DNA of 64,000 bases, from positions 2,203,457 through 2,267,456 of the forward strand of contig NC_068997.1 in assembly GCF_001194135.2 (NCBI RefSeq), written 5' to 3'. This DNA is from Octopus bimaculoides. Its lineage: Eukaryota. Under the pieces are notes generated by a model that saw only the letters and a list, made by a program, of their open reading frames with translations, did not search any database and was not told the origin of the DNA. Positions 13,518 to 26,300 of this stretch are shown piece after piece; the first letter of the stretch is position 1; the number at the start of each line of letters is the position of its first letter. Made by a program: the position numbers and the translations under genes.

Positions 13518-14422
13518 TTCTCACATCTTTGCAACAGATGTGGTCAATGGTATTGTCACTTTCAAGCAGAGTTGTTTTGATAAAGAAATCTTGCTTCGCA
13601 GGGTCACGACAGAATACCTTTCCCGCTACTATTTGAACTGTGATGACCTGGCTTGTGGCTCAGTACTTTAACCTTGTCTAATCTCACCATCACTCTATAT
13701 ATAAAACACAGAGGCAGGCATGTTCATGAGGTTAAGCAGTTCGCTTCCCAGTGAATAGCACCTTTTGCAATTGTCTTCTGCAATAATCCTGGCCAACCAA
13801 AGCCTTATTGGTGAAACCAGAGAAAAGCCTGTATACATGTATGTATTTGCGTGTGTGCATGCATGTGTATATATATGTGTGTATATGTGTGTATGCTTAT
13901 ATGTTTGTATGTGTGTGTTTACATTAGCATTCTATAAAGGTCACATACTACAAGTGTTATTGCTGTTGTCCCTTTTCTGTCAAGAAATCATTTGCTTGAT
14001 TTGAATCTTCGAAGACATGTGAATATCAGACCCTTACTTGTTAAACAGATAAGGGTCAGTAACAGAAAAAAGCATCTGGCTATATAAAGCAATGCCTAAT
14101 TAATATAGTTGTCTAACCCATGGTAGCTTGGTAAAATATAGAACGCAAACACACACGCACTTTGATTAATATCCACCTAATTACAGTTAGTAGATTGAGA
14201 CTTCATACTTTCTAAAGAGGTTTTTACTTTTCAACAATAATAAGAATTTTGTCTAACTAAAAATACTACAACAATCTGTAGAAAGCATAATGGAGTTCTA
14301 TAAAAGATTTCATTGAATGTTAAAACAAAAATAAGAATTTTGTGAGAGGAATTTCCAATTGTAACAACTTGGTTTTGATATACGTGTCATGACCCAAAGG
14401 TTTGGATAAAATGAAGTTTTGG

Positions 14423-14546
14423 TCAATGCTGGAGTACATCAAATTGATTTCCCTTTCGTGTGATTTTTAAGACCCCGGGTAACACTTCTTGTGGTACTCT
14501 TCGGAAGCAAACATCAACCTTTTTACCATTTAGATCTGCTGAGAAT
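14423..14546 (-). CDS. MYO1B: Myosin I terminal coding exon: (Q)[14 protein letters not shown]...[11 protein letters not shown]
   Basis: attccag acceptor after a poly-T tract, phase 2, TGA at 14423-14425. Confidence 0.92.
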
Positions 14547-17500
14547 CTGGAATGGAAAAAAAAATTATTACTTAAAAAATACAAATATGATTTTTTTTTT
14601 TTTGTTTTTTGGAGTGATTTTTTCATATCAATTAATACTCTAACTTTCTCATTACTCTTAATTTGTACAAATAATTAGATGAAAACAGAAAATGTAAGAT
14701 ATTCATTCAGTCATTCATGCAGATATACATACATACATCACACTCTTTACCACTTCATACTAAAAATATCCACCTAGATTACTTTATTTTTTCTGTCTCC
14801 GATGAAGGGAAGTACTGGATCTTCCCAGAAACAGCTGTAAGACTCTATCCATAAAATACTTCTCCAACCTTACCATTGCTCTCTTTTTGATAAGTGTTCT
14901 GGCATGAAACTCATCTTCAGTCTCTGAACTAGCTTTTCATGTATAAATATTATTGTTTATTCATACATTTACATCCATTTTTCAATGCTAGCATGGCTTA
15001 TACAGGATTTTACTGTGAGATGCTCTTCCTGTCACCAAACCTTACCTGTTTTTCAGATAAAAGTTTGTTATATCCCATATCACTTTTGAAAGTACAGATC
15101 AACTGTCTGTAATGTCAACATCTAACCAGATTCAAGGAGGAAGAAGATAAGGAAGTAAAAAAAGGAAGGATAAGAGTGTGTGAACCTTACTGGTTTGAGA
15201 TGTGAACATCAGGAGGTTTGCCCGAAATATTCTGTATCAAAATATAGGCCTTGGTGATAATTTCAAAGATATGTTCACCACAGAAGATGAAATCACCTTT
15301 TTTGCTCAGAATTCCACCATTTTCCTGCAAAAAGTAATTAGCATTTAATCAATTCATTTACATAAGTGGTACCAACAGAATTAATCCAGTAATTTCTGAA
15401 AAGTATAAAAAGTTAGGAATTTACAGAGAAACAAAAATAAACATGATTTGTTTGTGAAAATATATATATATTCTGAAGAAATTGTATCTTGAAAAAGAAG
15501 AATAGTTCACGTAGAGGGTACAGGCTTATGAGAGAACATCTTTGAAAAATATATTCTATACACACATACTGGGGATCAAATGTCACTTAGCAATCAATAG
15601 AAAACTGTATGGAGAGTGGTCTTTCTGCCATTGTGTGTGTGTGTTTTATACAAACAAGTCAAAAATAAAAACAGGAAAAACAAAAGTCAGAAGGATGTAC
15701 ACATTGAACATATTAAATTGATACTTTAAAATAAGATGGGTTATGACATTTTGAGCATGGAACCCACATCAGTGTATTGGTTGAGAGGACAACCCCCCAC
15801 CCCCTCTAGTTGCCAGCTAGAGATTAAAGAAGAGAAGAACATAGTTGTCTGGTACTATCTGTTTTCCATGCTGGCATGGGTTGGATGGCATGACAGGAAC
15901 TGGTAAGTCCAGGGGCTGCACTAGGTTCCACAGTCTGTTTTGGTTTAGTTTTTATGGTCAGATGCTCTTCCCAATGCCAACCACTTTACAGTGTGAGCTG
16001 GGTGCTTTTAACATGGTACCATCACTAGTGCTGCATATGTGGCACCAGCACCATTGCTTTTTACGTGGCACCATCACCAGCACTTCTTATGTGACACCAA
16101 CAATAGTGCTTTTTATGACACCAGCACCCACAGTAATGCTCTTTTCCCTTTTAGTATGTGGCCCACCCGATAATAACCTGTATCTCACATGTGGTATGCT
16201 TCTTGTAAAAGGTTACCCATACCTGATTTAAACCAACAAATTGATCAAAGAATAAGGGTAAACTTTCTCAAAACAAATATAGCGCTTCTAATGAGAAATA
16301 TATATTCTACAAAAGTAATTCTTGTTCTTCCAAATTTGGCACCGACAAATAGTGGCAGAGAAGAGGAATGTTTATTTGTGGGTTATATCTGTGTAATACA
16401 GATGCTAATTCTATGAGCTGGAAATGTAAGAGGCAACATCAGGATTTGAAACACAGTATGTAGGACATATCTGAATGCTATTCAGGTATTTTTCATTGCT
16501 GCTCTATCTCTGCCACCGTATTGGTTTGTTTTCTAACAATAATAACAAATAGCCCTTATAAAGGCACAAGGCCATAATTGAATAGCAAAAGGAACAGGAG
16601 ATTGTGTGATTCCCATGCCTTGAAACATGATATTCGCTGATATGAGAGAATTTATTGTAACCTACAGCTGAACCTGGTTTGTGCCTGTAGGTTGCCAGAA
16701 CCTCACCTCTTGTTCAATGATACTAATATTATAAACGGTATTACAACATTGGCAATCACATAAGGTCATCACATGTATGGATGGGTTAACACAGAATGAT
16801 TAATATATATAGGTTTGACACATGTAAGAACAACACATATTGGGTTAACAGATGGGACAATAGAAAGTTATTTCTGAATGTTGGCAGGGTTAACAACAGA
16901 CTCACTGAAAGAAAGGGATACCACACTACAAAAGTAGGTAACAGACACAGGTTGTACTAGTAGTAGTAGTAACAACAACAACAATAATAATAATAATAAT
17001 ACCTGATAAACATCGGTAGGCTATAATAATAGTAAAATAGCAAAAGTAAAAATGTTGAAATTCACAGAAAAAATGGAATGGTTAAAAATTTGAAAATGTT
17101 ATCTGTTCTCAGAATGGCTGTTTTGAATAAGAAATATTCTGTAAGAATTAAACGGATTTGTACTGACATAATGGTTTCCAGTTCTTATTAAATTCTATAA
17201 GTTTACCCCATTTTGTTTCAGTCTCTTTTTTTTTTTTTTCTTACTCACCTTTGTTGTCACTATCTTTTCCATGTCATATCGTACCATCTTCTCACTCACC
17301 CCACTNNNNNNNNNNNNNNNNNNNNNNNNNNNNNNNNNNNNNNNNNNNNNNNNNNNNNNNNNNNNNNNNNNNNNNNNNNNNNNNNNNNNNNNNNNNNNNN
17401 NNNNNNNNNNNNNNNNNNNNNNNNNNNNNNNNNNNNNNNNNNNNNNNNNNNNNNNNNNNNNNNNNNNNNNNNNNNNNNNNNNNNNNNNNNNNNNNNNNNN

Positions 17501-20271
17501 NNNNNNNNNNNNNNNNNNNNNNNNNNNNNNNNNNNNNNNNNNNNNNNNNNNNNNNNNNNNNNNNNNNNNNNNNNNNNNNNNNNNNNNNNNNNNNNNNNNN
17601 NNNNNNNNNNNNNNNNNNNNNNNNNNNNNNNNNNNNNNNNNNNNNNNNNNNNNNNNNNNATATATACACATCTGTGTGTGTGTGGTCATTGCTAGTGCCG
17701 CTGGACTGGCTCCTGTGCAGGTGGCACGTAAAAAACACCATTTGAGCGTGGCCATTGCCAGTACCACCTGAATGGCCCACGTGCCGGTGGCATTTAAAAG
17801 CACCCACTACACTCTTGGAGTGGTTGGTGTTAGGAAGGGCATCCAGCTGTAGAAACTCTGCCGGATCAGATTGGAGCCTGGTGCAGCCATCTGGTTCGCC
17901 AGTCCTCAGTCAAATCGTCCAACCCATGCTAGCATGGAAAGCGGACGTTAAACGATGATGATGATGATGATGATGATGTTTCACTTAGGCATATACTTCT
18001 TCTCTTTCTCCCCTGAGTTGTGCTCCACCTTTGATGTTAAGGTCACCCAACACATCTGAATGGCTCATACTCACCTAGTGTCTCTCCAGCGGCATCCAGC
18101 ATCACATGTACTTTCTATAGTCTGTTCCTTCCATACAGTTACACAATCATCAACTCCATTATAATACACAATTATATGGAAATTTGTAAACATGTCAAAC
18201 CATGCTAATCAATCACTGTTTGAAATCTGTCCATATATCAACCCCCACCTCCATTGATTATGTCAGTGATCTCAGCCAAGGTCCATATGATCCTTGGGGG
18301 TGAGGTGGGGGGGTCCATGTAAGATTTTGATGTTAAAATTTATCTGCATTGAATTGGTTATACTTCTACATTATACAAAATGCTTTAACAATTTATTCTT
18401 AGACATTTCCTAATGATATTTAATTATGAAAATATTTGAGAATTTTAAACATCAAATGGGTACGAGGGTCCAACCACAGGTAAAATAAAAAAACGGCTGG
18501 ATTATATTATATTATACATAGTTTCAGTTTATACATGCGTCAAATATTTACCTCACAAGAGTTTGAGTTTGTAAACTCATCAAACCCACATTGATATGGA
18601 AAGACAAGTTTATGAGCAATAAGCAATACATAAAATGTAAATATCATACCTTTTTTATATGGAAAACCATGAGCCTATCATTATAGGGGCTTGTTGAGAT
18701 TTTGTCGATCTGTGCTAGAGGGATGCGGTACTTGAGTGTCATAGTCCGTTGGTCAATTGACAGGATGGCTTCAGTGCTCATTACAAACAACTGTTGCATC
18801 ATCTAGAAACAAACACACAAATAATTTACTGGGGAAATCCTTGGAGTGGTTCATTGACATTTGACCTGTGACCTCACTTCGGGGTCACTGAAATACAAAG
18901 GATGACTCTAGAAATGTGTGTTATAATGAAAATGGTCCTTGTTGTCCCGTTTATGTTTAGCCCCTTGTGGGCGATAAAGAAATAAATATATTGGAAGACT
19001 AAGGTGCCACACAGTAGGACTGAATTTGAGATACTCTCTCCTGGATAGGACAACATTGCTTCTCAGGTAACTTTCCTAGATGAAGTGAGAAGTATGTAGA
19101 ATTGTGTTAGCCATCCTTACCCAAGATTGTATGTACACCTGCAACTGTTAACCCTAATTCGAAAGTTGTTACATTGTTCTACTCACAATCTAACCATGGC
19201 CTTCATGTCTTTCTCACCATATTTACAATTAGGTAGTCATGTTTACATCCATTTTTAAAGATGATAGAACAAAACTGCTATTTGCAACTGAGTGATCCCA
19301 CTATGTGTGTATGTGCACGCTCTCATGATTGTGTGCTGTTAGTGTGTGTGTGTGTGTATGAGCATGTACAACGTAGTGTGTGTGTGCAATGTAAAATTCC
19401 CACATAACCGTTACATTTTCATGGGAGATAACTCTAAAAACAGAAATTATTCATTCACCAAAAAGACCCCTGAAACACGTACTTAGTTATTGGTTTTGAT
19501 TTAACAGAGCCTTGAAAGTGGCATCCCAGCATGGCCACCGTCTGTAATAACTGACACCAGGAAAAAAACTACAAGAGTATTTATTCTATCAGTTATTCCC
19601 TGGCTTGTCTGCCAGAAGCATTTCACCATGACTGAAAACTAAGAATAACCAAGTGGAATGTCTTGCTTTGACAGTTGTAAGTAGGAGTGAGGTAGAGATA
19701 ACAGGGATGAGAAAGCATGTGTAGTTAGAGGATACAGTGGGATACTGTTCAGTGGTAGAAGGATTTGTCAGTGTTTAATATAGGATCTGCATGATTCTGC
19801 TCAGATGCCTTTGTATGTATGTATGTATGTGCGAGTCAGTATGGCATAGGAATACGTTAAGAACTCACCTTGCCATTGGCTCGGTTCACTTTCAGTACCA
19901 TATCTGCAAAGATTAAGTTCTGGTCATTCGTGTGGTCGTACATCTTCTTCCATTTCATATGACTGCGGAGGTTTAAGTAGTCCCCTTTAAAGGGGTGTGG
20001 CACACTAATAATAATAGTAATAATAATAATAATATTGATGATGATGATGGTGATGATAATAATGCTGATTTCAAATTTTGGCACAAGGCCTGCAAATTCG
20101 AGGATTGGGGAGTAAGTTGATTACATTGCTCAACTGGTACTTATTTAATCAACCCCAAAGGATGAAACGAAAACTTGACCCCCAGTAGAATTTGAACTCA
20201 GAATGTAAAGACTGATGAAATGCCACTAAACATTTTGCCTGGTGTGCTAATGATTCTGCCACCTGGCCACC

Positions 20272-20308
<37 letters not shown>

Positions 20309-23300
20309 GTCTTTTCTCCTAAAGGCACAAGGCTTGAAATTTGGGGAGAAGGAGACGAGTCGATTACATTGACTCCAGTGTTTCACTTGTACTTAATTTA
20401 TTAACTCCAAAAGGATGAAAGGCAAAGTTGACCTCAGTAGAATTTGAACTCAGAATATAAAGATGGACGAGATGCAACTAAACATTTTGCCCAGCATACC
20501 AGCGATTCTGCCAGCTTGCCACCAAAATGATGATGATGATGATGGCTTACTCATATATCATCATCATCTTTTAATGTTCACTTTGTCCTGCTTGCATGTG
20601 CTAGACAGAATTCATTGAGGCAGATTTTTCTGTGGCTGGATGCCTTTCCTGTTGTCAACCCTCACCTGTTTCCAAGCAAGGTAATATTCCCCCATAGCCA
20701 GACATGCTTTCCATGAAAGATTAGAAAGGGACAACATCACACTTAGGATCGGAATGCTTATTTAAAACAATCATATGATATGAAGACACATAAAAATATG
20801 CATACATACAAATATGGTGGGTTTCTTTCAGTTTCCATCTACCAAATCCACTCAAATGAAAACTGAAAGAAGACCATCATATATAATATCGAGAGAAACA
20901 CACAGTGATAAGAGAGACATTGAAGAATGCGACACTAACCTTGGTGGGTAAGTGACCTTTCTGCCTTTAAATATGTCACCTGCAATAACTTTTTCTTTCA
21001 TTTTATTCTGGGTCATCACATCTAATTTTTCTCGATATTTTCGACACTGAAACGTAGAAAGCATCACAGTTAAACCCCTGCATCAGTGAATAGTTGGGAG
21101 ACAGTGACTTGAACCACAGTACATTACTGATATCTACTATGGGACCATTGTAAGACAAATGTGATGAATTGCATATTAATTTAGTGACGTGGTCAGTGGA
21201 GGGGACACCATAAAAAGCTTCTGGTTCCAATCGGTGTAATTTGGTTTAGAGAGAGAACAGCCATTAAGAGGAATGCATGACTGTAAATTATTGATAATAA
21301 TGCTGATTTCAAATTTTGGCACAGAGCCTACAAATTCGGGGATCGGGGACTAAGGTCAATTTTGACATGGTTTTTACAGCTGGATGCTCTTCCAAAGGCC
21401 AACCACTTCGCAGTGTTGACTGGATACCTTTTTACCAGCACCAGCAGGATCACCAAGTAACTTGCAAGACAAGGAATTTTGAGAGGGGCAGGGGCTTTAA
21501 AGAAGGTAAAGTTAAGGAAGATTTGTGGCTGTTATATCTAGCAGGAAAAGTGAACCTATAGATTGCCTTGTTTGACTGCGATATTGAAGAATGCAAATGT
21601 TATTGTGGGAACTCTCCTCTTGTATCATGTCTTTATTTTAAAGAATATAAGAGGTTAATGAGTTGAGATATGATAGTGGTTATATTGAGAAGGTTTAACA
21701 AAGGAAATAGAAGTTAACTCACTGATTTTTGCAGTCCTGGTTTTAAAAGTAATAAAGATTTTGTGTAGAAAATATGGTTGCTGCATTCAGAGACCCAATG
21801 ACTATACAGAAACTATTTTATGATAAATATCTTCCTTATTTTCATAACAACAGAAACTTTCTTTAACAAAATCTGCTTCTTTTACTGATTAGAAGATCAA
21901 ATAACAAGATGAAAGCAAATTTCATTGATTCATGTGATCTCATTATATAGAATATGTTGATAATTTCACAAGTCGATTTTCTTACTAGCTGAATAGCAAT
22001 CTCACCAGTGCTGGTGGTATGATAAAAACACCCAGTAGACACTGTAAAATGGTTGGAAGCAAAGTTTCAAGGAAATAGTAGTCATTTAGTTTGCTTTCTA
22101 AATAGAAGCAAATTGGAGATAACACTCACTGACCAAAGACAAAAATAAAAAAAAAGTTTGTTACACAGGGTTATTGATCAAGTCCCTGCTACAAACTATT
22201 TTTTTGTTTGCTTGTTTGTGTGTGTTTTAAGGAACTACTTCTTGTTAATCCTAAAAACAAACATAAAACCATGAATTTTATAACACACACCCGCCATCGA
22301 TGAAAGATCTTCCTCAATTCTTCTGAAACTGGTTTAAACATGTTTGAACATTTTGGCCATTCTTCTGATATTGGTGACATTGATGGTAAACGGCCTCGCA
22401 GAGTGAGCAGGAATTTTTTCCTCTGGAAGAATTCAAGAAGGAAAAGGAAACATGAGCAAAAATATTTCTATGTATTTAATCTGAATATGAAGTCACTGAA
22501 GACAATGTCTTTAGATTATTCAAAACTCCTTTTAACTACCATTAGGCACTTCAGAATGAAAAAGAAGAGTATTACAATGCTGAAGACTGTGTCTTTGGAT
22601 TTACTTTCTATTAGATGTCAGAAAATAATATCAACCAATGAAAATCTCTAGTTCATAATGCGCTTATAGGGTAGCCTTAAGTAGAGGCTACAACTTGTTG
22701 GTCAGCCTCAGATCAGCCTTAACTGAGCTGACCTATGGTCAAGTATTCCAGTAATGACCCCTACTCCCAGTCTTTTTTCTAAAGAGCAATACACCTAGTA
22801 TCACCCTTAGATTGCGATTTGAGGGGAATTGTACTGTTATTTCCAGTAAGTCAGGTGATAAAATAGAGTCTCCCTACTTAAACACCATCTTCTGAAGGGG
22901 TGGCCACACAAACTCCATCAAAATGGCTATCAGGCTACAGAAGCTTTGTTTTTGAGATGTGATCTGAATAAATGGTTCATTACATGAGGTGATGGACCAC
23001 CAACTTGTTGTTCGTGGGTTCTAATCCACTTCAGATGAATCATTCTTTGAAGCAGTACATTAAATTGCAGAATGTTAGTTAGTACCATCATACAGGGAAG
23101 TTAGATGAGATGAACTGGGATCTAATCCAGTGGCTATATAACTCTCATCTGTTTCATTCCATAAAACTGAAGCTTAGTCATTAGATATGTAGGACCTTCA
23201 ACATATTACTGGAGTTAACCCCCTATGGCTAGGATTAAGGGCCAGGTAGTTGAGGATTAACAATCAAGTAGTAAAAGTAATTAAACAAGTCATGGTCCAT

Positions 23301-26300
23301 GATAGCACCTAATGAGGTGATTTGGGAGATTTTAATTAAGAGGAGGGGAGAGCCTCCACCCTCGTTGACATCTTTTCCTTCTCACACTGTTATTCTTCAT
23401 CAATTTCACTTTTTTTTTCTGCTTTTACTGATTCCCATCACTTTCTGTTGCCATCCAATTCCATTATTATGAATTTGAATTGGAGACTTGAGTCGTAGAG
23501 AATTTTTCATTGGCTGATCACACAACCATGGACGCTGCCCCTAGGGATGTGATGCAGTTGCTCCCTTGATAGAGCTTGGTGATCCTGACTGTTGATCTTC
23601 AATGATTCCTCTGCTCAGCATCAATGTAAGAAGCACCATTGGTTCAGTTGAGCTCCCTCACTACACAATCGCCCATGCTGCAGTCCCATGACTTTACTGT
23701 ATCCTTGGCATTAATAGCATTAACTAATTTAGGGACAACATTAGGTAAGTGTATAGGATAACATTAGATATATATATCTAGGATAACATTAGAAAATGGC
23801 ATAGTAAAGAGCATTTCAAATTTTCCAGACTGCTTCAAATCTAAGTCTGAGATGGAAATATTTTGAAAAAAGATCAGATACTTCAAGTAAAATATGTTAG
23901 CAAAGAAGGAAACAAATATAAATTATGGAAAACAAAAGCAAATTACCAAACCAATTCTCAGGTTCTACTTACTAAAGCCACTTGAAAGAAAAGAATTATT
24001 TTTGGACCAGCAATAGCTTTGAATTTATTTCTATATTCTCGTCGAACTTTCCATCCTTTGTAGAACTTCCGTATTACAGCAACGGCCCAAAGTACACGCT
24101 TGTGATGTCTGAGCTGCATTAAGAGTTGTCTCGCCTAACAAGAGAAAGAAAAAAACTCTGTAATTAGCGAAAGCAAGACCTCTCTAATTAGTGAAAGCAG
24201 CACCTCTGCAATTAATTAATTAGTTGAGCTTATTGAATAAAAAGTAAAAATTAATGGGAGGAAGGGATAAAAGTGGGAGAGATAAAGCAATTATCATACT
24301 GCACCTTATCATCTATGTTCAACCCTTTTGTTACCATATTCCTATTGAAATACACTGCCTTCATTTCAATCAAAACAACGAAGAGTTTAATAAAATAACT
24401 TTGTTCTTATTAACTTGATGTTTGAAATATAAATTAATATGAAATCTTGAAGGAAGGTTTTGATTTAGAGAAAGCAGCAAGTTTGTCCTTCAAGATTAAG
24501 TCATATGTTCTTCGGTCAAACAATAAGCAATTTCTAGGGGATGATTTGAACATTGTGCAAAATGATGTAATGACAATAAACATGTGAGAATAATTAGGTG
24601 ATACACCTTACTGCAGAATAATTTTCAAAAGTGTATGGAGATTGTTTTTTTTTAATCTTTTGACCTGAGGTGAAGTATTAGTGTCAGGATCATTTACAGG
24701 GTCTCCATGACAAGTTTGAGGGTACCTAAAACTTGAGACCTGGTATCAATGCTTGAAAACAGTGTGAACTCTGCTAAAGGCACCCAAGGGGCTAAATAGC
24801 GGTGTTAAATCACGTTATTAATTAAGCCTTTAACCCATGTAGGTCATGATAGCAAGAGCTGAATTCAAATCATTAAGATCAAGTACAAATATTGATTTCA
24901 AATTTTGACACAAGGCCAGTAATTTTGGGTTTGGGGTAAGTCAATTTCATTGACACCACTGTTCAAATGGGACTTATTTTATCAACCCCAAAAGGATGAA
25001 AGGCAAAGTTGACCTTAGCAGAATTTGAACTCAGAACACAAAGACAGATGGAATGCCTCTAAACATTTTGCCCGAGTATGCTATTGATTCTCCCAGCTTA
25101 CTGCCTTCAACCAGAACAATTATTGCAATTATTCTGCCTGGCACTAATGATGGCACCAGTCTCCAATCCTGGTAGATTTATTTCTCTATTCCTGTGAAAA
25201 AATGAAAGCTGACCTCAATAAGATTTGAACTCACAAAATAAGGTGTTGGGATAAATTCCACAATGCTTGACATGGGTCCAACTCATACCAGCATGGGAAA
25301 CAGATGCTAAAGAATGATTAGTTTATTTTGTCCAATGCTCTGATAAGGCTGCTAATTCAACATCTGAACAAATTTGTGATGAGACTAAAACATGAGGTTA
25401 AAGAGGGAAAGAAAGTAAAAATAAAGAAACTAAATAATGTTAAACAACAATCAGTTATTGTAGTTTGAAGGTAGACTGCATCAGTATCTATGTAGCAAGG
25501 TATAGACCTGCCGAAGGTTTGTATCAAACATTGTAAGTTTGATAAATATCTTTTATTTTTGACTTTAACTATTAGACTGTAGTCATGCTGGGACACGACT
25601 TTGAGAATTTTAGTCAATCTAATCAACCCCAGTACTTATTTTCTTTTTAAACCTAGCACTTATTTTATTAGTCTCTTTTGCCAAACTGCTAAGTTATAGG
25701 GGATGTAAACACACCAGCACTGGTTGTCAAGTGATGAGGGAGGGGGACAAACAGAGACACACACACACAACAGGTTTCTTTCAGTTTTCATCTATCAAAT
25801 CCGAGCACAAAGCTTTGGTTGGCCCAAAGTAATAATAGAAGACACTTGCCCAAAGTACCATACAGTGGGAGTGAACCTGGAACCATGTGGTTGGGAAGCA
25901 AACTTCTTACCAGACAGCCACTCTTGCACCTAAGGGGAGAATAATTAAAAAATACACCTCACAGCAAAAGCATTGGTCCTGTAGAAGAAAATCAAACTGG
26001 TGAGTTTTCTTCATCACATCATTAAGTGTCTATTTTCAATGCTGGCATTGGTTGGATGGTTAAACAGGAAACCACGAGGCAGAGGGCTGCATCAAACTCC
26101 AGTGTCAGCTCTGGCATGGTTTCTACAGCTGGAAGCTCTTTCCTAATGCCAACCACTTTACAAAGTGCACTGGTGCCTTTTACAGGGAACTAGCACTAAT
26201 GAGGTCACCAATTAATTCAAAAGACAAGAACAACTCAACTGAGGTAGTAGGGGGAGTACTATTGAGGGAGGTGGCTTGGTGCCAGATGATAGGAGTATAA

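Noticed and set aside
24050-24062. IQ4 KG (AAA GGA) as a K-to-R editing candidate
   Set aside because: The position is not conserved as Arg in vertebrate MYO1B, so there is no restorative argument.
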